DNA of 62,984 nt, the filler included, from a bacterium (GTDB lineage Bacteria; JALSQH01), in NCBI GenBank assembly GCA_026985515.1. It is 6 parts of 6 records of this genome, joined end to end, with 100 filler letters (N's around TTAATTAATTAA, not from the genome) between each part and the next. Parts side by side here need not be neighbours in the genome. Positions count along the whole stretch, not along the records: positions 1 to 17,312 come from JALSQH010000059.1; 5 more parts are not named here. One strand, given 5' to 3'. Numbering within the stretch: the first letter of the stretch is position 1; the number at the start of each line of letters is the position of its first letter. Both the position numbers and the translations under genes were made by a program. A model generated the notes under the pieces. It was not told where the DNA came from and did no database searches. It worked only from the letters and a program-made list of their open reading frames with translations. Below are positions 1 through 9,271 of this stretch, piece after piece.

Positions 1-2
1 AT

Positions 3-140
3 GGTGTACCTCTATTAAATGAAGAAAAAGTGGAAAAGATAAAAAGGGAACTACCTCATCTATTCTACAACGTGGTGCATGAATACATCCACTCAAAAAG
101 TCAGGGTGAAAGATTCAGAGTTGAAAAAGGGAAAAATTGA
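3..140 (+). CDS. 3' end of an upstream CDS, truncated by the window edge; function unknown
   Basis: Open frame from position 3 (GVPLLNEEKVEKIKRELPHLFYNVVHEYIHSKSQGERFRVEKGKN) to TGA at 138-140, overlapping the start region of the next gene. Confidence 0.45.
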   Translation, partial: GVPLLNEEKVEKIKRELPHLFYNVVHEYIHSKSQGERFRVEKGKN

Positions 141-1254
141 AGAGATAAAAAAAGAAGGGGAAAAATTTTACCCCCTGCTTGAAGAAATCGCAAAAAAACT
201 CTACCAGCTTCGCGAAGTTTCACTAAAAGAAAAACATAGTAGCAGATATCTCATGGAAATCCTTGAAAAGCATGGATTCAGGGTACACATCCCTCCTGTA
301 AAGGGTCTTTCAACCCATTTTGTTGCTGAAAAAGTTCTCTCAGATGATGGACCTGCTATTGCATTTATTGCAGAGTATGATGCTCTCCCGGAAATAGGAC
401 ATGGCTGCGGTCATAACCTTATTGCAGCAGCATCAGTAACAGCCGGAATAATCCTCTCACACACAGGATATCGTGGAAAAGTCATGGTTATTGGAACACC
501 GGCAGAAGAAACAGGTAGAGGAAAAATTTCAATGATAGAGGCTGGAATCTTCAATGATCTTGACTATGCCCTCATGTTTCACCCCGGCAACAGAACGAGG
601 ATGAGGCCGGAACTTGTTGCACTATCTGAGGTTAATGTGAGATACACCGGCAAAGAGGCTCATGCATCAAGTTATCCTGACAGAGGTATAAATGCCCTTC
701 ATGCTCTGATAAATCTCTTCAATCTGATAAACTCACACAGACAGAATCTGAGCAATGATTTCAGAATAAATGGAATAATCACCAGAGGTGGAGTGGCACC
801 CAACATAATACCTGCAGAAGCAGAGGCGACATTTCATCTCAGAGCAAAGGATTCCATGCTTCTCCAGGAACTTAAAAAAAGGTTTAAAAAAATGGCAAAA
901 GCTGCCGCAGAGGGTAGCTTTACAAAAGTGAAGATCAGTTTCTCACCATTTGAGTTGAAGGAGATGAAACATTACCCATTCCTTGAGGATCTATTCAGAG
1001 AAAATCTTCTTAAACTCTCTCCAGATATTGATCTTGACGAAACTCCCCGTGGCAGGTGGGCATCATCAGATATTGGTAATCTGAGCCACATTATTCCAAC
1101 ACTTCAGGCAACCATAAGAATCACAGAAAAACCCACTCCAATTCACACAAAAGAATTTGCAGAAGCCACTCTAAAAGAGTTTGCACTAAGGAGAACCCTT
1201 ATTGCCGCAGAGACTCTTGCCCTTACAGGAGTTTCTCTGCAGGAGAAAGGATGA
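79..1254 (+). CDS. M20D family amidohydrolase (PM20D2/AbgB-like)
   Basis: Motifs EYDALP, GHGCGHN, GTPAEE, G-x-x-AHA, G-G-x-APNIIP, SSDIGN; true start may be GTG106 or TTG121. Confidence 0.9.
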   Translation: MNTSTQKVRVKDSELKKGKIEEIKKEGEKFYPLLEEIAKKLYQLREVSLKEKHSSRYLMEILEKHGFRVHIPPVKGLSTHFVAEKVLSDDGPAIAFIAEYDALPEIGHGCGHNLIAAASVTAGIILSHTGYRGKVMVIGTPAEETGRGKISMIEAGIFNDLDYALMFHPGNRTRMRPELVALSEVNVRYTGKEAHASSYPDRGINALHALINLFNLINSHRQNLSNDFRINGIITRGGVAPNIIPAEAEATFHLRAKDSMLLQELKKRFKKMAKAAAEGSFTKVKISFSPFELKEMKHYPFLEDLFRENLLKLSPDIDLDETPRGRWASSDIGNLSHIIPTLQATIRITEKPTPIHTKEFAEATLKEFALRRTLIAAETLALTGVSLQEKG

Positions 1255-2375
1255 AGGCAATAGGTTTAATGTCGGGAACATCAGCTGATGCTCTTGATAT
1301 TGCCCTGATTGAGATAAGCAACACAGATGTGAAACTTTTAGAATTCAGGGAAGTTAACTATCCAGGAGAATTGCACAAAAAAATTTTAAGAACCATCCAC
1401 TCCACTACAATTTCCCTGGAGGAAATTGCAGATCTGAACATTGAGCTGGGAAAATTCTACGGGGAAAGTGTCAAAGCATTCATTGAAAATATCAGGCTCA
1501 GAAAAGATGAAATTGGAGTCATAGGTTCTCACGGTCAGACAATCTTTCACAGATCAAAGAGATACACCGGGAAAGGCGCCACTCTCCAGATCGGTGATGG
1601 AGCACACATTGCAAAAATTACCGGAATTCCCGTCGTTTCAGATTTTCGAATGGATGATTTGGCTGTCGGGGGAGAAGGAGCTCCTCTCACACCATATTTC
1701 CACCACTTTCTATTCAAAAATAGAGAAAAACCTCTGATGGTGCTCAACATTGGAGGAATAGCAAACATCACAGTTGTAACCGGTAAAATAGATGACCTCA
1801 TAGCCTTTGACACTGGCCCTGGGAACTCCCTCATAGATATTGCTGTTTGTGACCTTACCGGAGGGGAGAGCTCCTTTGATAAAGATGGAACCTTCTCTGG
1901 AAAGGGGAATATTATTGAAGAGATGCTGGAAGAACTCTGCAATCATCCCTTTTTCAGAATTCCACCTCCAAAATCCACGGGAAGAGAGGATTTTGGAATG
2001 GAAACATACCTGAATGTTAAGAAAAGGTATGGAAATAACCCACCTGAAGATATTGTGAGAACCTTCGTTGAACTCACTGCATGTTCAATCCACGATGCAT
2101 ACAGAAGATTTATACTTCCACATTATCCTGCAAGAGAATTGATAGTAACAGGTGGGGGGAGCAGAAACCCCACTCTAACTGAAGCACTGAGAAAGTACTT
2201 TGCGGAAATACCTGTAAAGAAAATTGAAGATTATGGCTACAGATCAGAGGCCATGGAGGCAATGGCCTTTGCTCTCTTTGGATACAAAACTCTCTTCGAG
2301 AAGGAGGGAATAAATATTCCCGGGGCAACAGGGGCTGAGAGAAGGGTAATCTGTGGGAAGATTTCCCTCCCGTAA
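1251..2375 (+). CDS. anmK: Anhydro-N-acetylmuramic acid kinase
   Basis: IGLMSGTSAD, GSHGQT, DFR..D...GGEGAPL, NIGGIAN, FDTGPGN, PPKSTGRE motifs; ATGA overlap with the upstream gene. Confidence 0.96.
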   Translation: MKAIGLMSGTSADALDIALIEISNTDVKLLEFREVNYPGELHKKILRTIHSTTISLEEIADLNIELGKFYGESVKAFIENIRLRKDEIGVIGSHGQTIFHRSKRYTGKGATLQIGDGAHIAKITGIPVVSDFRMDDLAVGGEGAPLTPYFHHFLFKNREKPLMVLNIGGIANITVVTGKIDDLIAFDTGPGNSLIDIAVCDLTGGESSFDKDGTFSGKGNIIEEMLEELCNHPFFRIPPPKSTGREDFGMETYLNVKKRYGNNPPEDIVRTFVELTACSIHDAYRRFILPHYPARELIVTGGGSRNPTLTEALRKYFAEIPVKKIEDYGYRSEAMEAMAFALFGYKTLFEKEGINIPGATGAERRVICGKISLP

Positions 2376-3164
2376 CTACTGGGAGAGCTGATCAAGAAGT
2401 CTGTTGATCACCTCAATATTTTTCTCAATCTTGGGAGAATATCTGTTGTCAGGGTAATCTTCATTAAGTCGCAGAAGAATCTCCTTGGCTTTTTCGAGGA
2501 ATTCCCTCTTTCTCGCAGGGTCACTTTCGCTCCTTCCCTGATAAACAAGGAGATTTGCCCTGTTCCACTCGGGAAGAATCACCCTCTGTTCAATTTTCCT
2601 CAGGTAACTCCCTGCTTCATCAACCCTGACTCCCTCCTCAAGGCACTTCTGAAATTTTGAATAGGCCTCTTTCCACTGCTGGTTATTAAAATCCTCAACT
2701 GCACTGGCAAAATCACACTCCTTTTCTTCTGATACCGAAGGAGAAATTGATGTTTGCATCGTGGCTGTAGAAGGGTAATTCTGAAACTCCTGCGATTCGG
2801 GGTGATTCCGCTGAAGTGGAGGCTTCACCTCAGAGGGAGAGGTAACCCTACCAGCTATGTAATTCACACTATTGAGTAGAGCTGTGAGTTTCTGAGAATA
2901 AATTTTGTAGAGGAAAAGGACATATCTGGGTTCTCTTCCTTCCTTTATGGCATTTTTTAAAGTTATGTTGAGTCTTATAGCCATATCAAGATCAGACTGC
3001 GGCACCTTATTCTGTAGTGATTCCAGGACTCTTCTCTCCTCATCAAGTTCATAGATGTAATTTTCTCTTTCCCTGTAGGGAAGGGTCGTTTTAAAAAGGG
3101 TGGCACAGGATGAAAAGAGGAATAGCAGAAGAATTGAAAGAAAGGTTATTTTTCGGGCAACCAT
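2376..3164 (-). CDS. Hypothetical lipoprotein with C-terminal TPR-like helices
   Basis: Signal peptide ending FSSC lipobox; low-complexity S/T/P linker followed by a helical region; overlaps the PBP stop. Confidence 0.7.
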   Translation of the reverse strand: MVARKITFLSILLLFLFSSCATLFKTTLPYRERENYIYELDEERRVLESLQNKVPQSDLDMAIRLNITLKNAIKEGREPRYVLFLYKIYSQKLTALLNSVNYIAGRVTSPSEVKPPLQRNHPESQEFQNYPSTATMQTSISPSVSEEKECDFASAVEDFNNQQWKEAYSKFQKCLEEGVRVDEAGSYLRKIEQRVILPEWNRANLLVYQGRSESDPARKREFLEKAKEILLRLNEDYPDNRYSPKIEKNIEVINRLLDQLSQ

Positions 3165-6100
3165 AATTTTTCTCTCCTCATTGTGGTCTCAATTCTCTTT
3201 CTCACATCCACCTCTTCAGGGTCAGTCACAGGAGCAAGGGGTATCCCTGTAACTTCATCTACTTCATACCACTGGAAGTCGTCAGGTACTTCAAGGGAAA
3301 CATAATTTCCTCTTATCTCATCAAAACTAAGTATATCCTGGAAGTGAGATTTATCAACAATTTCTCTCATAACCTCTGCCACCACGGGAAGTGCTCCATT
3401 GGATCCAAATACCCTGTAACCATGCTTTCTCATAGGTTTGTTATCATCATACCCGACATACCCCGCAACCACAAATGCTCCATCTGGAGAAAGTGTAACA
3501 CCATCCCTCGTTATCACCGGAACAATTCCCACAAAGGATGAATTGGTAAAATTGTTTGTTGTTCCAGTCTTACCCATTACAGGGAGATAATATTTCCTTC
3601 CATTGTAATCAATCACGAACTTTTCCCTCATGCTTCTGGCAGTTCCTATTTGAAAAACCTTTTCAAGTACTGAATCAACCATTGAAATGTATCGTCTCGG
3701 GATGAGTTGCTGTATTTCAATTTCACTGCGGTAAATGGTTTCCCCATTGTAATCAATATGGTCTATTAAAGTAAGCCCATAGGGCTGATCAGAGGTATAA
3801 TACCTGAAACCCTGAGAGAGAGTTGTGTATACCAGACTCAACTCCGGCAGAGTTACTCCTGAGCTTCCCAGGGGGAGGGATGGAACCTTTTTCAGAGGAG
3901 AAACAACTCCCATCATGTTCATCAACTTTTCATACACTGAGAGAGCCAGATATGTTTTAAAATCCCTGAGATGAACTATCAATTGAGGAGAATAAAAAGA
4001 GTAGGCGGAAAGAAGAGAGTTGAATTTTTCCTCTGCATCATTCTCAAGCTCGTTCAACAGTTGAAGAGGAATCACTCCCTCAACCCAGTAATTTTCGAGT
4101 TCAGACGGTGAGAGCGAGTAAATTCTTTCACCCCTGCAGGGAGCAAAGTTTTCTGTACATATGGAGATTTTTCCATTATCGTCAGTAATCTTCAGTGCCT
4201 CATAACTACCTTCCTTTAACAACTTCTCAATTCTGTCTCTCTTTCTTATCAACCAGTCATAATCATAAAGGGTAAATCTCAACCTGAGCTGTTCCTCCTC
4301 ACTTCTTCTCTTTTTTCTCAATAATTGTTTCCTTATCCTTGCAATCACGGGACTGCATCTCATATTTCTCAAAGCGTAAATTTCATCAGGAGAAAGATTG
4401 AAACCCTGGTCCCTTATGATTTCACCGGCACTTTCCTCCACTATGGAGCAGAAGAGAGTCTTCTTCGTAAAAGTTATTCCCTCCTTACCCAGAAATTTGA
4501 GATAATCTCTGTCTATCCTCTCTGGAAGAACTCCACTCCATCTGGCAAGTTTTAAGATATCCTGTGGTGGGGAGTAGTTAAAGAGATTGAATAGAAGATT
4601 AATAGTTGCAAGATTTTCAGAGTAGGCACCTGCCCACGCTATTGAAACAATCTTTGAATGAGGAGGATGATCAGGTCTGGGGAAATAAGGCTGACCCTGA
4701 TAGATATACATCTCCCTCTCATCGGGAATGGGATCGGTGTTTAACTGGCCCAGAAGAAAGTACTCCAGATAAAGTGGAATTTTAAAAATAGATCCCGGCT
4801 GCCTCCTCGCCACCCACGCCCTGTTGTAGTAGATGTTGGTAAAACCTCCAACCATAGCCTTTATTCTTCCAGCCTGTGTAACGAAAACTGCACCCTCCAG
4901 TCGGGGATATTTCTCCACACAGAATTTCTCACCATCGTAACTTATCAGAACTGGATCACCTTTTTTAAAATTTTTCATGAAATATCTTACCGCCACTGTG
5001 GGAGAAACCCATCTTCCCCTTCTGTAAAAGTAATCTGCCACAGGAACCTGAGGACATTCAAGAAGGTTGACTTTTATATTCTGTGGAGATGGTGCTCTTA
5101 TCCTGACAGTTAAAGCTTTCCTGCCCTTTCTGACAATACTTCCATAGTAAAAACCCTTTTCCAGAGAGGGATAAACCTCAAGAGATATACCTGAAGGTGG
5201 CGAATATCCCCTGAGAAGTGTGTCAAGGAGTGAGAGCCTCTTTCTCAGAGCGAATAGAGATTCCCTTTCAAGGTCATAATCCAGCGTTGTATAGATTTTA
5301 AGTCCTGCCGTGTATATATTTTCAATGCCGGCACTTTCCCAGATCTCCTGAAACTCAGGACTTTCGAGGATATCACTGATAACATTTATCATCACATTGG
5401 GCCTTGTGGAAAGAATTCCCATGTGAAACTTCAATTTTTCCCTCAATGCGTGAAGATAGGTTTTCCTGTCAATATATCCATTTCTGTACATCCTGTAGAG
5501 AACATAATGTACCCTCTTTCTTATTCTCTCCCTTATCCTCTTCTCCTGCTGAATATTCTTTGCAGAAAAAATGTCATACATTGATGGCGCCTTCACGGAC
5601 CCTGCAATAAAGGCACACTCTTTAAGAGTGAGATCAGAGACATCCTTGTTGAAAAAATACCTGGCAGCCACCCCTATACCTCTCCCCTGACCCTTCACAT
5701 AGAACTGATTCAGGTAGAATTCCAGTATCTCATCCTTGGTGTAGTAATGTTCAAGACGAAGCGCATTTATCAGCTCCTTTATTTTTTCATAAACTGTTCT
5801 TCCACGCCTCCCAAAGAGGTTTTTGGCAGTTTGCTGAGTAATTGTGCTTCCCCCCTCAACAATTCTCCCCTTAATGAGATCCACAATCAGTGCCCTCAGC
5901 ATTGAGATGGGATTGAATCCTGGATGGTGGTAGAACCACCTGTCTTCAGCAGAAATCACCGCTTCCCTGCAGTAAAGGGGAATATTTTTCAGGGGCACAT
6001 ATATTCTGTAACTTTTTCCAAAGAAACTTCCCACCTCATGCACACCATCACTGTAGTAAACCACAGAATGCCTCGAGAGAATCTTCATGATATTTTCTCG

Positions 6101-6271
6101 CTTAATCTGATCCCCGGGAAACCAGACAACGAAAAAGTAATAGAGAAAAGTCAGAATCCCTGCAGTTACACCAACAGTAAGAAAAAAATAAAATAAAAAT
6201 CTGATCCGGCGACGTTGATTCTTACTGCTCTTCTTTCTTTTTGTTACTCTTCTCTTTCCTTTTTTACCCAC
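3146..6271 (-). CDS. Class A penicillin-binding protein (GT51 transglycosylase + transpeptidase), PBP1A-like
   Basis: Basic N-tail and TM; GT51 motifs ED..F..H.G, GGSTITQQ, K.EILEFYLN; transpeptidase SxxK (GSIFK), SxN (SEN), KTG (GKTGTT). Confidence 0.92.
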   Translation of the reverse strand: MGKKGKRRVTKRKKSSKNQRRRIRFLFYFFLTVGVTAGILTFLYYFFVVWFPGDQIKRENIMKILSRHSVVYYSDGVHEVGSFFGKSYRIYVPLKNIPLYCREAVISAEDRWFYHHPGFNPISMLRALIVDLIKGRIVEGGSTITQQTAKNLFGRRGRTVYEKIKELINALRLEHYYTKDEILEFYLNQFYVKGQGRGIGVAARYFFNKDVSDLTLKECAFIAGSVKAPSMYDIFSAKNIQQEKRIRERIRKRVHYVLYRMYRNGYIDRKTYLHALREKLKFHMGILSTRPNVMINVISDILESPEFQEIWESAGIENIYTAGLKIYTTLDYDLERESLFALRKRLSLLDTLLRGYSPPSGISLEVYPSLEKGFYYGSIVRKGRKALTVRIRAPSPQNIKVNLLECPQVPVADYFYRRGRWVSPTVAVRYFMKNFKKGDPVLISYDGEKFCVEKYPRLEGAVFVTQAGRIKAMVGGFTNIYYNRAWVARRQPGSIFKIPLYLEYFLLGQLNTDPIPDEREMYIYQGQPYFPRPDHPPHSKIVSIAWAGAYSENLATINLLFNLFNYSPPQDILKLARWSGVLPERIDRDYLKFLGKEGITFTKKTLFCSIVEESAGEIIRDQGFNLSPDEIYALRNMRCSPVIARIRKQLLRKKRRSEEEQLRLRFTLYDYDWLIRKRDRIEKLLKEGSYEALKITDDNGKISICTENFAPCRGERIYSLSPSELENYWVEGVIPLQLLNELENDAEEKFNSLLSAYSFYSPQLIVHLRDFKTYLALSVYEKLMNMMGVVSPLKKVPSLPLGSSGVTLPELSLVYTTLSQGFRYYTSDQPYGLTLIDHIDYNGETIYRSEIEIQQLIPRRYISMVDSVLEKVFQIGTARSMREKFVIDYNGRKYYLPVMGKTGTTNNFTNSSFVGIVPVITRDGVTLSPDGAFVVAGYVGYDDNKPMRKHGYRVFGSNGALPVVAEVMREIVDKSHFQDILSFDEIRGNYVSLEVPDDFQWYEVDEVTGIPLAPVTDPEEVDVRKRIETTMRREKLWLPEK

Positions 6272-6675
6272 AGGTACAGATATGTTGCAATTACTGCCAG
6301 GGGAAAATCAGTTAAGAAAATCACTATGTAGGAAAAATACTTCTCCGTGAAAATGAAAAAAAGGACCCCAAAAATTGAACTTGTATATTTGGAAATGATT
6401 AAAACAGGAAGCAAGCAAAGATTTTTTCTGGGATTCAAATAAATCGCAATGGAGATGAAAGATATCATAACCATCATGCTGTTGGTAAGATCAAGGTAGA
6501 ATCTCTCCTGAAATGGAGGCGATGGTGGAAGACCAAGAAGTGACCCAAGATAGTTCATAATATCATACAGCTGTGGAGACGCAAAGAGGAAAATCAGATC
6601 AGTTACAATGAAAGCAATAGCGTATAAGAGCATAACATATCTAAGAACATTTTCTCTTTTCGTCCACTCATTCAT
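6244..6675 (-). CDS. Hypothetical integral membrane protein (about 4 TM)
   Basis: Four hydrophobic stretches; tightly packed between GH31 and PBP genes. Confidence 0.7.
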   Translation of the reverse strand: MNEWTKRENVLRYVMLLYAIAFIVTDLIFLFASPQLYDIMNYLGSLLGLPPSPPFQERFYLDLTNSMMVMISFISIAIYLNPRKNLCLLPVLIISKYTSSIFGVLFFIFTEKYFSYIVIFLTDFPLAVIATYLYLWVKKEREE

Positions 6676-9051
6676 CTATCTGACCTCCATAAGAATGAAT
6701 TTATGATACCCTGTCAGGTTCATAATTTCCAGTTTATTTCTCTCAATTTCAGATGAACCAGATATTTCCTCAAAACCTGAGGCGGGAGAAATCATTCTGT
6801 CATTGATGATGTCACATTTTCTGAGTATCAGGCCAGCCGGCATATTTATTTCAACTTCAATATTGTTCCCACTTTTTTCCACATTCACATCCACGCCGTT
6901 GTAGAATCTTCTGTGAAAACTACCAAATGTAAAGATCTGAAGATCAAGTTGATTCTCTACATCCTTCAGATCAACATACTTTGAAGATTCAACAAAGGTC
7001 TGCGGTACTTTATCAAGGTAGAGAATCGCTCCCTTTCTTGCAAAATGGGGAATGGTATCAAGAGGTGCATAGTAAGATCTGACAATCTGTTTGCCATGAA
7101 AAATTACTCCCCTGTTGAGATCATACCAGATTCCCTCCGGAAGATAAACATCAACCCTTTCAGTGTCATCCACCACAGGTGCCACAAGAATTGTGTCACC
7201 AAACATGTATTCAAAGGGGAACTTCCAGGTCTCCTCATCATACCTGTACTCCATTGAAATACTTTTAATCATTGGAATCCCCTCTGTTGCCTCTATTGCC
7301 GCGGTGTAAATGTAGGGGAACATCTTCACGTAAAGTCTGGCATATTTCCTGAAAATTTTCACCAGTTCCTCATCATAAACTGCCCACGGTCTTCTATCTC
7401 CATTTCCCCCATACTGAAATATGGGTGAGAAGGCACCAAACTCAATCCACCTTGCCATAACATTCTTATCTGGCGTCCCTCCCCTGTAACCACCAATGTC
7501 TGATCCAAAAAATGGAAAACCTACGATATTGAGATTTATGGCAGCCATAACTGCAGCCTTCAATCCTCCCACATTACCGGGAGGGGTACCATCGGGGGCA
7601 CTTTTATCCCAGTTAGCTGTGCTCCAGGAAAAATCGTTATCCAGGTCTCCGGGCCAGATAGCCGTCACATTTCTCTGATCCCCTATCGTTCCAGTCCTCG
7701 CAATGGTGAAACAGAGATCTCCGTGAATCTTCCTGCACGCATTCATCGCATGGTAGTGATACAGAAACTTGTAACAGGCATGCATCTGTGTTTCATCTTT
7801 GCCATTGTGAAAATGGTACATAAAAGCATGGGCCTTCTGTCCCTGGCTCACGCTAAGATATGGCACGACATCTTCACCATAATCAAGTTTAAAACCCATC
7901 CCCCCCATTCTGAGAGGTTTTGAGACCAAACTCTCCCACCACAGAGCTGCTTCGGGATATGTAAAATCAATTATTGCACCATTTCCCCTGCCCCAGGGAA
8001 GTATTAAAGGATTGCCACTATTATCTGTAACAAAATAGCCATGCTCCTCTGCATAGGCGAAATATGGGAGAGTTGCCGGATCATGAGAGGGATCGTTTAT
8101 ATGTTCCGTTATCCAGTTGAATGTATATACACCTTTTTCTCTCATTCTCTCTATCATACCCCACGGATCAGGGAACTGTGAGGGATTGTAATCATAGGTG
8201 TTGTGACCTGTCTCCCAGGGCGCATCGATCCAGACCGCTGAAAGGGGCACATCAAGGGCTCTTAAATGGTCAATATCATCCATTATTTCATTTTCACTGT
8301 AATACTCATCCCTCCACCACAACACCCCAAAGCTCCAGACAGGGGGGAGAGACGGTTTGCCAGTATCTCTCATATACTCCCTGATAATTTCATAGGGATC
8401 ATCAGATAAGTAGATCCTTCCATGAATATGATTGGTGTAAAATTTGAACCTTATCTCATCCTGCCGGGTTTTACCAACATCCCACTCGCCTTCAACACAG
8501 GTACTGACAAGCAATCCGTAACCCCTGGAAGAAATGTAGAATGGAATGGGAAGATGTACCTCGTTCAATCCAGATTCACTCCAGGGTGCAAGTTCCAGCT
8601 GCATGGGTCTTCTGAAACCAACATTATCAATGGAATCAAAATTCTCACCAAAGCCCCATATATGCTCTCCCCCGTTTAATGCTACGGTACCTGTAAGATA
8701 TTTCTTCTCCACATCAAGATTTTCGAAAGATGACATTGAAACATCAAATGAGTACCCGGACCCCTCCTTCCTGATTTCCACATTAACCGGGATATCAATA
8801 CCTCCTGCCTCGCATACATACTCTATCTTTGCGCCATTATCTCTGACTGAATAAGAAGGAGCTTTCTTCAACTTACCCTCCTCAACGCAGAAACCGGGTT
8901 TCTTAAAGTCAACAATGATTTTTTCACCCTTCATAATTCCAAACAAAACATCACCTGAAAAAAACAATCTGAACCTGTTCGCCACACTGGATTTATTTGA
9001 ACAGGAGGTGATCAGCAGGACTACAATAATCATCCATTTTTTCAATTTCAT
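6676..9051 (-). CDS. Glycoside hydrolase family 31 (alpha-glucosidase/alpha-xylosidase-like) lipoprotein
   Basis: ITSC lipobox; IPFYISS, WID, GFKLDYGE nucleophile motif, WPGD, GSDIGG, RW.EFGAFSP, YMFGD.ILVAPV, VYLPEG.W. Confidence 0.92.
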   Translation of the reverse strand: MKLKKWMIIVVLLITSCSNKSSVANRFRLFFSGDVLFGIMKGEKIIVDFKKPGFCVEEGKLKKAPSYSVRDNGAKIEYVCEAGGIDIPVNVEIRKEGSGYSFDVSMSSFENLDVEKKYLTGTVALNGGEHIWGFGENFDSIDNVGFRRPMQLELAPWSESGLNEVHLPIPFYISSRGYGLLVSTCVEGEWDVGKTRQDEIRFKFYTNHIHGRIYLSDDPYEIIREYMRDTGKPSLPPVWSFGVLWWRDEYYSENEIMDDIDHLRALDVPLSAVWIDAPWETGHNTYDYNPSQFPDPWGMIERMREKGVYTFNWITEHINDPSHDPATLPYFAYAEEHGYFVTDNSGNPLILPWGRGNGAIIDFTYPEAALWWESLVSKPLRMGGMGFKLDYGEDVVPYLSVSQGQKAHAFMYHFHNGKDETQMHACYKFLYHYHAMNACRKIHGDLCFTIARTGTIGDQRNVTAIWPGDLDNDFSWSTANWDKSAPDGTPPGNVGGLKAAVMAAINLNIVGFPFFGSDIGGYRGGTPDKNVMARWIEFGAFSPIFQYGGNGDRRPWAVYDEELVKIFRKYARLYVKMFPYIYTAAIEATEGIPMIKSISMEYRYDEETWKFPFEYMFGDTILVAPVVDDTERVDVYLPEGIWYDLNRGVIFHGKQIVRSYYAPLDTIPHFARKGAILYLDKVPQTFVESSKYVDLKDVENQLDLQIFTFGSFHRRFYNGVDVNVEKSGNNIEVEINMPAGLILRKCDIINDRMISPASGFEEISGSSEIERNKLEIMNLTGYHKFILMEVR

Positions 9052-9080
9052 AAATTCCCTTCCTTCTCGGGTTTAAAATA

Positions 9081-9089
9081 ATTATAGCA
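9081..9089 (-). promoter_or_regulatory. Putative extended -10 promoter (TGcTATAAT) for the GH31-PBP operon
   Basis: Minus strand TGCTATAAT about 30 nt upstream of the GH31 start. Confidence 0.45.
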
Positions 9090-9204
9090 GGAACAGCAGA
9101 AGTGCAAAAAGCAAGATCAGAGAATGGCACGAAAAAGCAAAATAAATCTACCTATACTTCCCAGATCCGTTAGAGACTGGGGTTTATCTCCTGCCTCTAA
9201 CTGT

Positions 9205-9233
9205 TTGCCTAAAAATTACCTTTCTGATAATAT
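9205..9233 (+). promoter_or_regulatory. Putative sigma70 promoter for the ftsH operon
   Basis: TTGCCT-N17-TAATAT with a TGn extension; SD GAGGAGG precedes the TTG start at 9272. Confidence 0.5.
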
Positions 9234-9271
9234 ATTTAGTGGAAACAGCTTAAAAGAGGAGGATTGTCAGA

